A stretch of DNA of 46,114 nucleotides, taken from NCBI GenBank assembly GCA_964438935.1, contig CAYTNC010000002.1, positions 1 to 46,114 on the forward strand, read 5' to 3'. Below the pieces are notes generated by a model that was not told the DNA's origin, searched no databases, and saw only the letters and a list, made by a program, of their open reading frames with translations. How positions within the stretch are numbered: position 1 is the stretch's first letter; every line of letters starts with the position of its first letter. Shown here one piece after another: positions 7,982-17,888 of this stretch. The stretch is from an uncultured Bacteroidales bacterium. GTDB lineage: Bacteria > Bacteroidota > Bacteroidia > Bacteroidales > UBA10428. The position numbers were made by a program, and so were the translations under genes.

Positions 7982-9274
7982 ATGAAAACGGCAGTAAATG
8001 TAATTACCCTGGGATGCTCGAAAAACGTGGTTGATTCGGAATTCCTGCTTCGGCAGATCGAATCAAACAAGGTAAAGGTGTATCACAATGCTGATGGTTA
8101 TGATGCAAAAACTGTGATCATTAACACCTGCGGCTTCATCCGTGATGCCAAGCAGGAATCCATTGATACCATTCTCAGATATATCAGGGCTAAGGAGGAA
8201 GGACTGATTCACCAGGTGTACGTAATGGGATGCCTTTCCGAAAGGTATTTGAAAGCGCTTGAAAAAGAAATACCTGACGTTGATAAGTATTTTGGAGTAA
8301 ATGACTTAGAGTTACTTATTGAACACATTGGTTTCAAATACAGGCATGATCTTTTAGGTGAGCGCTTCCTGACTACCCCCAGCCATTATGCGTATTTGAA
8401 AATATCGGAAGGATGCGACCGGAAATGTGCTTTTTGCGCCATTCCGCTCATCCGCGGTAAACATGTTTCGCGGCCCATTGAATTGTTGTTGCAGGAAGCC
8501 CGGCTTCTTGCCCAAAAGGGGGTGAAAGAACTGATCCTGATTGCACAGGATCTTTCGTTTTACGGAAAGGATCTTTACAATAGGCAGGCATTGCCTGAAC
8601 TGCTTCGTAAACTCTCGGAGATAACAGGTATACAATGGATCAGGTTGCATTATGCCTACCCGGCTAACTTTCCCCGTGAGGTTATTGGAGTGATGAAAGA
8701 AAGAGACAACATTTGCAAATACCTGGATATTCCCTTTCAGCATGCCAGTGACGAGGTGCTAAAGATGATGCGCAGGGGACATACCCACAAAAATGACCTG
8801 GAGCTTATAGATTTTATCCGAAACGAAATTCCGGAGATCACCCTTCGTACTACATTTATTACAGGCCATCCGGGCGAAACAGTGCCTGCCTATAAGGAAC
8901 TGAAGCGATTTATTGAAACTGCAAGATTCGACCGGTTAGGTGTTTTCACTTATTCAGAAGAAGAAGGCACCTGGGCAGCCAAAAAATATGCCGACAGTAT
9001 TTCCGAAAAAACCAAAAAGGATCGTGCCGGAGAACTCATGGAATTGCAGCAGATAATTTCTAATGAATTAAATAACAATAAAATAGGTGGTTTATATAAA
9101 GTATTGATTGATGGTAGGGAAGGGGAGTACTACACCGGAAGAACAGAATCGGATTCACCTGAAATAGATAACGAAGTTCTTATTCATGCCGGGAATAAAA
9201 ACCTCGTTATTGGAAATTTCTACCAGGTACGCATAACAGGGGCCGAAGCCTTTGACCTGATAGGGGAAATTTAA
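7982..9274 (+). CDS. rimO: ribosomal protein S12 methylthiotransferase RimO
   Basis: The N-terminal MTTase domain has INVITLGCSKN, the radical-SAM motif is CDRKCAFCAIP (CxxxCxxC), and there is a C-terminal TRAM-like segment. Confidence 0.88.
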   Translation: MKTAVNVITLGCSKNVVDSEFLLRQIESNKVKVYHNADGYDAKTVIINTCGFIRDAKQESIDTILRYIRAKEEGLIHQVYVMGCLSERYLKALEKEIPDVDKYFGVNDLELLIEHIGFKYRHDLLGERFLTTPSHYAYLKISEGCDRKCAFCAIPLIRGKHVSRPIELLLQEARLLAQKGVKELILIAQDLSFYGKDLYNRQALPELLRKLSEITGIQWIRLHYAYPANFPREVIGVMKERDNICKYLDIPFQHASDEVLKMMRRGHTHKNDLELIDFIRNEIPEITLRTTFITGHPGETVPAYKELKRFIETARFDRLGVFTYSEEEGTWAAKKYADSISEKTKKDRAGELMELQQIISNELNNNKIGGLYKVLIDGREGEYYTGRTESDSPEIDNEVLIHAGNKNLVIGNFYQVRITGAEAFDLIGEI

Positions 9275-11838
9275 GCTTCGTCTGCCTCACTCAGCGCAGC
9301 ATCAGTAGCTTCCTCTGCGTGAAGCACTTTCATGGTAACTTCTTCCTTCTTTTTGCTAAATCCGATGACTATGGTATCACCTTCCTTCATGTTTGATTTG
9401 ATAATTATCTCAGCCATAGGATCTTCCAGGTATTTCTGAATGGCACGCTTCAGGGGCCTGGCACCAAACTGAATGTCATAGCCTTTTTCAGCAATGTAAT
9501 CCTTTGCTACGTCTGACATTTTCAACTGGTACCCCATGGCAATAATTCTTGCATAAAGGCCTTTGAGCTCAATGTCGATGATCTTGTGTATGTCTTGCTG
9601 AGTGAGCGTGTTGAAAATAACCACATCGTCAATACGGTTGAGGAATTCAGGTGAAAATGCCTTTTTCAGAGCATTCTGAATTACGCTTTTGGCGTATTCA
9701 TTGGTAGTTTCCTGTTTTGTCTTGGTGGTGAAACCCACACCCTGACCGAAGTCCTTGAGCTGACGGGTTCCAATGTTAGAGGTCATGATCACAATGGTAT
9801 TCCGGAAGTCGACCCGGCGCCCCAGGCTGTCGGTCAGCTGACCTTCATCAAGCACCTGCAGCAGAATATTATAAACATCCGGATGTGCTTTTTCAATTTC
9901 GTCGAGGAGTACAACACTGTAGGGACGCCTGCGAACCTTTTCCGTAAGCTGTCCGCCTTCTTCATAACCAATATAGCCCGGAGGAGCTCCAACCAGACGC
10001 GAAACCGAGAATTTCTCCATGTATTCGCTCATGTCAATGCGGATCAGGTTGTTGAATGAATCAAAAAGATATTGAGCCAGCACCTTGGCAAGCTGGGTTT
10101 TTCCAACTCCGGTAGGCCCTAAAAAGATAAAAGTACCAATGGGTTTATTCGGGTCTTTCAGTCCGGCACGGTTGCGTTGTATTGATTTCACCACCTTTTC
10201 AATGGCTTCGTCCTGTCCGATCACGCTACCCTTCAGTTCATCGCCCATTTTCAGCAGGCGCTGTCCTTCTTCCAGGGCGATTCGCTGAACGGGAACACCG
10301 GTCATCATAGCAACCACTTCGGCTACTTTCTCGGCATCTACAACCTGACGGTTTCGCGTCAATTCCTTTTCCCACTTCAGCTTTTCATCTTCCAGCCCTT
10401 CCAGGAACTCTTTTTCCTTGTCCCTGAAGCTGGCTGCCTTTTCAAAGTTTTGATTTTTAACGGCTTTGATCTTCTCTTTCTTGGTTTCTTCAATTTTCTT
10501 CTCGAGTTCAATGATCATCTCGGGCACATGTATGTTGGAAATGTGTACCCTGGAACCTGATTCATCCAGCGCGTCAATAGCCTTATCGGGCAGGTGCCTG
10601 TCGGAAATATACCTGTTGGTGAGCTTTACACATGCGTCAATGGCTTCGGGCGTGTAAATCACGTTGTGGTGGTCTTCATATCGTTCCTTGATATTATTTA
10701 GAATTTCCACCGTTTCTTCGGGCGAGGTGGGTTCCACCATAACCTTCTGGAACCTGCGCTCCAGGGCGCCGTCTTTTTCTATTTGCTGCCTGTATTCGTC
10801 AAGCGTTGTGGCTCCAATACATTGAATGTCACCACGGGCGAGGGCAGGTTTCAGCATATTGGCTGCGTCAAGTGAACCAGTGGCACCACCGGCACCAACA
10901 ATGGTATGAATTTCATCAATAAACAGCACAACATTTGATGTCTTAGCAAGCTCATTCAGTATGGCCTTCATACGTTCCTCAAACTGACCGCGGTACTTGG
11001 TTCCGGCAACAATGGCAGCCAGGTCAAGCGTTACAACGCGCTTGCCGAAAAGTACACGGGAAACCTTTTTCTGAATAATCCTTAAAGCAAGGCCTTCCAC
11101 GATGGCAGATTTTCCCACTCCGGGCTCTCCAATGAGGATGGGATTGTTTTTCTTACGTCTGCTGAGGATTTGAGCAAGCCTTTCGATTTCCTTCTCACGT
11201 CCCACAATGGGGTCGAGCCGGTCTTCCTCTGCGGCTTTGGTAAGATCGACACCGAAATTATCGAGTACCGGAGTTTCAGAATTTGATTTGGGGCCTGGTT
11301 CCGGGTTGGATCCTTTGCCGCCCTGCGGTCCGAATGATCCCATGGATTCATCTTCTTCGTGCGGGTAATCAGCACGGGGCTCATGGTCCTCATTCTCGGC
11401 CATATGCTCATTGAGCAATTCCTTTCTTACCTTTTCATAATCAATATTGTGTTCCAGCATGATCCTTGAAACAGGGGCGCTTTCATCCTTAAGAATGGCC
11501 AGCAACAGGTGCCCGGTGTCGATGGTACTTTTCTTAAGCGATTTGGCTTCCAGGTAAACAAGCTTTAGGATACGCTCCGAAGTTTTCAACAGCGGCACAT
11601 TATCTGTATCTGTAACTTTTATCGGACCGGCAGAGGCAATGATACCCTCAATATCTTTTTTAAGCTGATAAAGATTAGCGCCCAGCGAAACGAGAATGTC
11701 AATGGCCACACCTTCGCCTTCACGCAAAATGCCCAGCAACATGTGTTCCGGAGCTATTTCGTTGTTTCCCAGCCTTATGGCCTCTTCTTTACTAAAGGTA
11801 AGTACATCTTTAATTCTTTGTGAGAACTTCGCATCCAT
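9271..11838 (-). CDS. clpC: ATP-dependent Clp protease ATP-binding subunit (ClpC-type class I AAA+)
   Basis: 855 aa with Clp N-repeats (EHMLLGILREGEGVAIDIL), two P-loops (GEPGVGKSA and GPTGVGKTQ) and a UVR-like linker (NQNFEKAASFRDKEKE). Confidence 0.9.
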   Translation of the reverse strand: MDAKFSQRIKDVLTFSKEEAIRLGNNEIAPEHMLLGILREGEGVAIDILVSLGANLYQLKKDIEGIIASAGPIKVTDTDNVPLLKTSERILKLVYLEAKSLKKSTIDTGHLLLAILKDESAPVSRIMLEHNIDYEKVRKELLNEHMAENEDHEPRADYPHEEDESMGSFGPQGGKGSNPEPGPKSNSETPVLDNFGVDLTKAAEEDRLDPIVGREKEIERLAQILSRRKKNNPILIGEPGVGKSAIVEGLALRIIQKKVSRVLFGKRVVTLDLAAIVAGTKYRGQFEERMKAILNELAKTSNVVLFIDEIHTIVGAGGATGSLDAANMLKPALARGDIQCIGATTLDEYRQQIEKDGALERRFQKVMVEPTSPEETVEILNNIKERYEDHHNVIYTPEAIDACVKLTNRYISDRHLPDKAIDALDESGSRVHISNIHVPEMIIELEKKIEETKKEKIKAVKNQNFEKAASFRDKEKEFLEGLEDEKLKWEKELTRNRQVVDAEKVAEVVAMMTGVPVQRIALEEGQRLLKMGDELKGSVIGQDEAIEKVVKSIQRNRAGLKDPNKPIGTFIFLGPTGVGKTQLAKVLAQYLFDSFNNLIRIDMSEYMEKFSVSRLVGAPPGYIGYEEGGQLTEKVRRRPYSVVLLDEIEKAHPDVYNILLQVLDEGQLTDSLGRRVDFRNTIVIMTSNIGTRQLKDFGQGVGFTTKTKQETTNEYAKSVIQNALKKAFSPEFLNRIDDVVIFNTLTQQDIHKIIDIELKGLYARIIAMGYQLKMSDVAKDYIAEKGYDIQFGARPLKRAIQKYLEDPMAEIIIKSNMKEGDTIVIGFSKKKEEVTMKVLHAEEATDAALSEADEA

Positions 11839-11881
11839 AAAATATCTATTCGTTATCTTTTGCAGATTGTGTTTTACAAAG

Positions 11882-11889
11882 CAAATATA
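11882..11889 (-). promoter_or_regulatory. candidate -7 promoter box TATATTTG for clpC
   Basis: The reverse complement reads TATATTTG. It lies 44 nt upstream of the clpC ATG. Confidence 0.4.
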
Positions 11890-12037
11890 CTAATTTATTA
11901 CTAACGTTTTTTAACAGCAATTGTTAATATAAACATTCAAAAAAAAACTGTTAAAAGGCAATAAAATCCTACATTAGCTGCTTGATTTGATGAAGTGTTT
12001 TCATCTTTGCTAATATTGCTAAAACATTAGACTAAAA

Positions 12038-14542
12038 ATGGCTGAAGGAGAAAAGATTATACCGATAAATATTGAGGAGGAGATGAAGTCGGCCTACATT
12101 GATTATTCAATGTCGGTTATTGTTTCACGTGCTTTGCCCGATGTGAGAGACGGATTGAAACCTGTGCACCGCAGGGTACTTTTTGGAATGCAGGATTTGG
12201 GCGTGTTCTCCAATCGTCCCTATAAGAAATCGGCCCGTATTGTCGGGGAAGTTTTGGGTAAATACCATCCCCATGGTGATTTATCGGTTTACGATGCCAT
12301 GGTGAGAATGGCCCAGGATTGGTCGCTCCGCTACCCGCTGGTGGAAGGGCAGGGTAACTTTGGGTCCATGGACGGCGACAGTCCCGCCGCCATGAGGTAT
12401 ACCGAAGCCAGGCTCAGAAAGGTGGCTGAGGAAATGCTTGCCGATATTGACAAAAATACGGTTGATTTCCAGCTGAACTTTGACGACACATTGCAGGAGC
12501 CTACCGTTTTGCCATCAAAAATTCCCCAACTGCTTGTTAACGGTGCTTCCGGTATTGCCGTGGGTATGGCCACCAACATGCCTCCCCACAACCTGAAGGA
12601 GATTTGCAGGGCAGTCATCGCCTATATTGACAACCATGAGATTACCGTGGAGGAATTGATGACTCACGTGAAAGGTCCGGATTTTCCTACCGGAGGTATA
12701 ATTTATGGGTTGCAAGGTATTAAAGAGGCTTTTGAAACCGGCAGGGGACGTATTGTTATGCGGGCCCGAACCGAGGTTGAAATAACATCCAGCGGACGTG
12801 AGGTAATTGTTATAAAAGAGGTGCCTTACCAGGTGAACAAGGCCGAAATGATCCGTAAAATCGCTGAGCTGATCAACGAAAAGAAACTAGAGGGCATCTC
12901 CTATATTAATGATGAATCTGACCGGAATGGGATCCGGGTGGTGATCATCTGTAAGAAGGAAGCACAGGCCAGCATTGTACTGAATAACCTGTACAAGCAA
13001 ACGCAGATGCAGACCGCCTTCAATGTGAACAACATAGCCCTTGTTCACGGAAGGCCCAAGATGCTGAACCTGTATCAATGCATCCGCTATTTTGTGGAGC
13101 ATCGCCATGATGTGGTGATCCGCAGAACCAAATACGACCTGGATGAATCTGAGAAGAAAGCGCACATTCTTGAGGGTTTGCTGATTGCTTTAGACAACCT
13201 GGATGCAGTGATCAAACTCATCAGGGCTTCCAAAAACCCTGATGAAGCTAAAGACGGTCTGGTTTCCACCTTTAACCTCTCCGAAGCACAGGCCAAAGCC
13301 ATTTTGGAAATGCGGTTGCAAAGGCTGACCGGCCTGGAGCGCGACAAAATCAGGCTGGAATATGAAGAACTGCTCAAAATCATTGCTTATTTAAAAAGCC
13401 TGCTTGAAAGTGAACCCATGCGCATGCAGGTTATCAAAGACGAGCTTGCGGAAGTGATGGAAAGTTTCGGCGATGAACGACGTACCACCATTGTTCCCGA
13501 TGCAGGCGAATTCAACCCCGAAGATTTCTATGCTGATGACGACATGATCATCACCATCTCACGCCTGGGATACATCAAACGCACACCGCTGAGTGAATTC
13601 AGAACGCAGGCGAGGGGAGGAAAAGGTTCTAAAGGTTCAGAAACCAGGGATGAGGATTACCTCGAACACATGTACCACGCCACCATGCACAATACCATGT
13701 TGTTTTTCACTGAAAAAGGAAGGTGCTTCTGGTTGAAGGTTTATGAAATTCCCGAAGGAACAAAAACATCCAAGGGCAGGGCCATCCAAAACCTGCTTAG
13801 CATTGAGCAAGGAGACATGGTAAAGGCATTCATCAATGTCAAGAGTCTGGTTGATGAAGATTACATTAAAAATAACTTCATCGTGCTCTGTACGCTGAAA
13901 GGTATCATAAAGAAAACTTCGCTCGAAGCTTATTCACGACCCCGGCAAAACGGTATAAATGCCATTAACATCAGGGAAGGCGACAGTTTGCTGGAGGCCC
14001 GGCTGACCAGTGGCGACAGTGAAATTCTCATTGCCACCCGCTCCGGTAAAGCCATCAGGTTCTCCGAGAAGAAAGTAAGGCCTATGGGCAGAACAGCATC
14101 AGGAGTAACTGGAGTCAGGTTCGACGATAAGAAAGATGTAGCCATCGGCATGGTTTGCATTGACGATCCGACCAGATCAATCCTGGTTGTATCCGAGAAT
14201 GGTTACGGAAAACGTACCGAGCTGGAAGATTACCGGGTGACCAACAGGGGCGGAAAGGGTGTTAAAACCATCAACGTTACCGACAAAACCGGACAGCTGA
14301 TTGCCATCAAATCGGTAACTGACACGGATGACATCATGATCATCAACAAATCAGGACTCACCATTCGACTTGCAGTGGCCAACCTCAGACTTATGGGAAG
14401 GGCTACACAGGGAGTCAGACTGATCAACATCCGCAGCGGCGATTCAATTGCTGCCGTAACCGATGTGGTTGGTTCTGCAGAAGAAGGTGAAGAAAAAGGA
14501 ATAGAAGAGGGCAGTGTGGAAAATGACAATTTAACTGCTTAA
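12038..14542 (+). CDS. gyrA: DNA gyrase subunit A
   Basis: 834 aa with [21 protein letters not shown], an active-site Tyr context of [10 protein letters not shown], and C-terminal beta-pinwheel repeats. Confidence 0.96.
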   Translation: MAEGEKIIPINIEEEMKSAYIDYSMSVIVSRALPDVRDGLKPVHRRVLFGMQDLGVFSNRPYKKSARIVGEVLGKYHPHGDLSVYDAMVRMAQDWSLRYPLVEGQGNFGSMDGDSPAAMRYTEARLRKVAEEMLADIDKNTVDFQLNFDDTLQEPTVLPSKIPQLLVNGASGIAVGMATNMPPHNLKEICRAVIAYIDNHEITVEELMTHVKGPDFPTGGIIYGLQGIKEAFETGRGRIVMRARTEVEITSSGREVIVIKEVPYQVNKAEMIRKIAELINEKKLEGISYINDESDRNGIRVVIICKKEAQASIVLNNLYKQTQMQTAFNVNNIALVHGRPKMLNLYQCIRYFVEHRHDVVIRRTKYDLDESEKKAHILEGLLIALDNLDAVIKLIRASKNPDEAKDGLVSTFNLSEAQAKAILEMRLQRLTGLERDKIRLEYEELLKIIAYLKSLLESEPMRMQVIKDELAEVMESFGDERRTTIVPDAGEFNPEDFYADDDMIITISRLGYIKRTPLSEFRTQARGGKGSKGSETRDEDYLEHMYHATMHNTMLFFTEKGRCFWLKVYEIPEGTKTSKGRAIQNLLSIEQGDMVKAFINVKSLVDEDYIKNNFIVLCTLKGIIKKTSLEAYSRPRQNGINAINIREGDSLLEARLTSGDSEILIATRSGKAIRFSEKKVRPMGRTASGVTGVRFDDKKDVAIGMVCIDDPTRSILVVSENGYGKRTELEDYRVTNRGGKGVKTINVTDKTGQLIAIKSVTDTDDIMIINKSGLTIRLAVANLRLMGRATQGVRLINIRSGDSIAAVTDVVGSAEEGEEKGIEEGSVENDNLTA

Positions 14543-14579
14543 TATTCTGAGTAATTTTGGACAATTTCCAAATTGAAAT

Positions 14580-14587
14580 TATATTTG
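14580..14587 (+). promoter_or_regulatory. candidate -7 promoter box TATATTTG (a second box, TAATTTTG, at 14552..14559)
   Basis: Both match TAnnTTTG. They lie 60 and 88 nt upstream of the ATG at 14648. Confidence 0.35.
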
Positions 14588-14647
14588 GCAGACTTTTTGA
14601 TATTTACCCAATACAGAGTTTAACTTAACAAATTAAAAACAAATAAA

Positions 14648-15958
14648 ATGAAGCGTATCAGTTTGTTTCTTATTTCGATGTTTCTTTATGCAGGAGTAAA
14701 CCTGAATGCACAGGCACCGGTTGAATCTGCACCCGTATTAAATTATACAGGGCTTCAGAAGAAAATTGAAAAATCGAATGCAGATATCCAGAATGCAAAA
14801 AAGAATACCAAGGCCAAAACATGGACTTCCCGGGCACAGGTATTTCTGGATGTTTTTAATGTGCACAACGACCTGTTAAGCAGGGGTATGGCACCGGAAG
14901 CTGCCAAGCTTTTCCTGAAGGAACCCAAGGAAATCAAGACTTACAAGGATGGTAGTGACCAAATGGAAGCCTACATATACGACCGCGTTAACCTTATTTT
15001 CAGAAATGGCAAACTCGATGAGTGGCTTGAGACCGATAAAATTCATCCTGATCCTCTTTCCGAAGCAAAAAAGGCACTTGATGAGGCCATCAAGCTGAAT
15101 ACTGACTCTAAAGCCGATGCCGATATCAAATCGGTTATTGAAGCGGTTAAGAATGCTTACCAAATTGTAGCTGTTAATGCTTATGAAAAAGGTGACTTCG
15201 ACAAATCCCAAAAGAATTTTGTAAACATGGTTGATCTGAACAGGCTGCCAATAATGAAAGGCAGGATAGATACCATTATAACATATTTCGCTGGTCGTGC
15301 TGCATTTGAGAATAAGGATTATGCTACAGCCAACAAGCTGCTTGAGGAAGTTGCCTCATATAACTTTAAAGATCCGCTGCTTTATGTATTCCGCAAGCAG
15401 GCCCTGTTTGCCTCTGGAGATACGGCAAAGGGAGTAGAAGTGATTCGCGAAGGCTTTACTAAATTTCCTGAAGACCAGCCAATTATGATTGAAATGATCA
15501 ACTATTACATTGATTCAAAGCAGGTTCCTCTGGCCCTTGAACTGATCAACAAAGCCAAAGAAGGTGATCCCGAAAATATTTCGTACTATTTCACTGAAGG
15601 TACACTGTATGAAAAGCTTGATCGCAGGGAGGAAGCTGAAAAGGCCTATATGACTTGTCTTGAAAAGAATCCGGATTTCTTTAGCGCCAATTACAACCTG
15701 GCTGTATTGCATTACAACAATGCTGTAAAAATATATGAAGAAGCCTCCAAAATTATGAACAATGCTGAATTTGAGAAGAAGCAAAAAGAAGCAGATGATG
15801 TTTTGAAGAAAATGATTCCTTATATGGAAAAAGCCAGCACAACTAGTAATGATCCCGAAGACAAGAAAAGTGCCTTGGAATCTTTAAAACAGGTTTACTA
15901 TCGTTTAAAAATGGAAAGTGAACGTGAAAATGTAATCAAACGTCTTGGCGAACTTTAA
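14648..15958 (+). CDS. secreted tetratricopeptide-repeat protein
   Basis: 436 aa with the signal peptide MKRISLFLISMFLYAGVNLNAQA and repeated A..Y...L TPR-like helices. Confidence 0.75.
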   Translation: MKRISLFLISMFLYAGVNLNAQAPVESAPVLNYTGLQKKIEKSNADIQNAKKNTKAKTWTSRAQVFLDVFNVHNDLLSRGMAPEAAKLFLKEPKEIKTYKDGSDQMEAYIYDRVNLIFRNGKLDEWLETDKIHPDPLSEAKKALDEAIKLNTDSKADADIKSVIEAVKNAYQIVAVNAYEKGDFDKSQKNFVNMVDLNRLPIMKGRIDTIITYFAGRAAFENKDYATANKLLEEVASYNFKDPLLYVFRKQALFASGDTAKGVEVIREGFTKFPEDQPIMIEMINYYIDSKQVPLALELINKAKEGDPENISYYFTEGTLYEKLDRREEAEKAYMTCLEKNPDFFSANYNLAVLHYNNAVKIYEEASKIMNNAEFEKKQKEADDVLKKMIPYMEKASTTSNDPEDKKSALESLKQVYYRLKMESERENVIKRLGEL

Positions 15959-15970
15959 TAACATAAAAAA

Positions 15971-15999
15971 GGGAAGCGATTTCGTTTCCCTTTTTCTTT
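15971..15999 (+). terminator. intrinsic terminator after the TPR gene
   Basis: GGGAAGCG-ATTT-CGTTTCCC (8-bp stem with one G-T pair) followed by TTTTTCTTT. Confidence 0.75.
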
Positions 16000-16038
16000 A
16001 ATATTTCTATTTAACATAATATTAATTATAGGACATTC

Positions 16039-16358
16039 GAAACAGAAAACTTTGCCGCAGAAAATCTGCGTGTAGCCGGTTAACGACGCGCTAGCGGAGT
16101 TCACCGGATACTTAACATAAAATCAGATATCGGATTGAGGCTTTGCCTCAGTTCGATATCGGCAGATTTTATGTTAAAGCAAATTTTCTGTTTCCAGCAT
16201 TTCATTGTATCTGCCAGCGCAGTCCGATGTAAGGCATACGCGTCAGCTTAAGGATAATTATTAAGCACTCCGCGATTAAAACCGAATTCATTTTTCACCG
16301 TCAAGCTTAGTTTAGCTGCGCTGAGCTCCTTTCGGTCGGTTGCAACTAAGTTTTTTTT
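16039..16358 (+). ncRNA. candidate structured RNA of unknown family: a four-way junction domain, a second domain and an intrinsic terminator
   Basis: Hand folding gives four helices. P1 pairs 16039-16053 with 16181-16194. P2 is 16056-16070 (CGCAGA-AAA-TCTGCG). P3 is 16076-16107. P4 is 16111-16179 (about 30 bp). A hairpin at 16306-16350 is followed by T8 at 16351-16358. The G-T pairs and the T-run fit only the + strand. No ORF of 60 aa or more supports coding here. Confidence 0.4.
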
Positions 16359-16399
16359 ATTCATAGTTTGTAACTACATCCCCGTTCCCCTTTCGAAAA

Positions 16400-16483
16400 C
16401 CGCATCAATCCCCTACTCCGCTTTATCAGGCAAGGACTCAGGAGGAGCCAGATGTGTATATAATGCCGCTCCAATCCCCTACT
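16400..16483. repeat. 18-nt direct repeat CCGC(AT/TC)CAATCCCCTACT, two copies
   Basis: The copies at 16400..16417 and 16466..16483 are identical at 16 of 18 positions, 66 nt apart, in the ORF-free spacer upstream of the hydrolase gene. Confidence 0.6.
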
Positions 16484-16592
16484 ATAAAAATCTCTTTGAT
16501 ATTGGTAATTATCCCAAAGAATCTCGGTGCAATTGCAACCTTTCAGTGCTAACTTTATTAGCACTAATCCTTTATCCTAAAATTGTGTGCAG

Positions 16593-17183
16593 ATGAAAAC
16601 GCTGAGAATTCTCCTGCTTTTAATCACCACAGGCAGTTCACTGCAATTGGCATCGCAGGTAAACCCGGTTGGCATCGATTTAAGAAGTAATGGTGTTAAA
16701 CTGGATGCAAAATTCTATGCTGCCGACAAAATTCAGGCAGCACCAACCATGATCCTGTTACATGGATATCCTGGTAACGCCAATAGTCCCTATGATTTTG
16801 TTGAAATACTGAACAAAAAGGGGATGCATATCCTGGTTTTTAATTATGAGGGAAGTTTCAAGAGCGAAGGTGCTTTCAGTTGGGAAAATTGTATGACTGA
16901 TGTGGGTGCCGCAATCTCCTTCCTTAAGCAAAAGCATAACATGCAACAATTGTCAATCGATACTTCCCGGATTATAGTCTGTGGTTTTAATCAGGGTGCT
17001 GCGATTGCTTTGTCAGCATCAGCTCATAATTGTGCCATCAAAAGAATTATAGCAGTCGCAGGAGGAAATGACCTCATGGATAAAAGACCTATAAAGCGCC
17101 ATAACAAAGGTTATTCGTCACGCCATTTCTTTGTCAGAAATACCATAATTAATTGTCTCATAGGAGAAAATTGTATGTTTTAG
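16593..17183 (+). CDS. alpha/beta-hydrolase-fold protein, probably inactive and C-terminally truncated (possible pseudogene)
   Basis: It has a signal peptide (MKTLRILLLLITTGSSLQLASQ) and an LLHGYPG oxyanion-type motif. The nucleophile elbow reads GFNQG (Asn where G-x-S-x-G needs Ser). The ORF ends about 35 aa later with no recognisable Asp/His triad region. I prefer the ATG at 16593 to the track's GTG at 16587. Confidence 0.6.
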   Translation: MKTLRILLLLITTGSSLQLASQVNPVGIDLRSNGVKLDAKFYAADKIQAAPTMILLHGYPGNANSPYDFVEILNKKGMHILVFNYEGSFKSEGAFSWENCMTDVGAAISFLKQKHNMQQLSIDTSRIIVCGFNQGAAIALSASAHNCAIKRIIAVAGGNDLMDKRPIKRHNKGYSSRHFFVRNTIINCLIGENCMF

Positions 17184-17252
17184 GTTAATATTGTGAATTC
17201 CTGTGCAGAAAAAGGGAAAGAACAGAACATTGAACGCATAATTTCAACTGAA

Positions 17253-17888
17253 ATGGAATACATCAATCTGGAAAAATGGAAGAGAAAAGAACATTACGAA
17301 TTCTTCCACAGTATGGATTATCCACAATACAATATTTGTATGGACATTGATGTCACTCATTTTTTGACGTATACCAGAAAAAAGGAACTGTCGTTTTACT
17401 ATTCAATGATTTATGCTGCCACCACGGTGATTAACCGTGTTGAAAACTTCAGATACCGGATACAGGATGATCAGGTAGTTTTACACAACAAATTACATCC
17501 TTCGTTTACTGATATGAACCGGGATCCGGAAGATGATTTGTTCAAAATGGTGACTGTTGACCTGACAGACAAAATTGATGATTTTGTAAAAATTGCCGGG
17601 CAAACCAATGAAAATCAAAAGGATTTTCTGGTACCGGAAAAATTAATCGAAAGAGATGATTTGATCTATATTACCTGTATCCCATGGATTTCTTTTACGC
17701 ATGTTTCTCATACCTTTTCACTGAATAGAAACGACTCAGTTCCCCGGATTTCCTGGGGAAAATATTACAAGCAAGGTGAGAGGATGTTACTGCCTTTTTC
17801 AGTGCAGGCGAATCATGCATTAGTCGACGGATATCATGTTGGAAAGTATGTTCAGCAATTGCAAACCTTTCTTGATGAAATTCAATAG
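17253..17888 (+). CDS. type A chloramphenicol O-acetyltransferase family protein
   Basis: MEYINLEKWKRKEHYEFF aligns with the classic CAT N-terminus (W.RKEHF..F). The C-terminus has NHALVDGYHVGKY, corresponding to the catalytic HHAVCDGFH region. I moved the start from the track's GTG at 17193 to the ATG at 17253. Confidence 0.8.
   Translation: MEYINLEKWKRKEHYEFFHSMDYPQYNICMDIDVTHFLTYTRKKELSFYYSMIYAATTVINRVENFRYRIQDDQVVLHNKLHPSFTDMNRDPEDDLFKMVTVDLTDKIDDFVKIAGQTNENQKDFLVPEKLIERDDLIYITCIPWISFTHVSHTFSLNRNDSVPRISWGKYYKQGERMLLPFSVQANHALVDGYHVGKYVQQLQTFLDEIQ

Noticed and set aside
16361-16564. 67-aa - strand ORF in the long spacer
   Set aside because: No motif is present. Its repeated SRGL(E/M)R segments are just the translation of the 18-nt direct repeat. 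There is no promoter box upstream, and it would face into the terminator of the RNA candidate.
17318-17326. Perfect DnaA-box 9-mer TTATCCACA, together with the AT-rich ORF-free stretch 37141..37501, considered as a possible oriC given that gyrA is nearby
   Set aside because: The single box lies inside the CAT-family coding sequence. I found no cluster of boxes, and none in the AT-rich spacer. dnaA and dnaN are not in the window.
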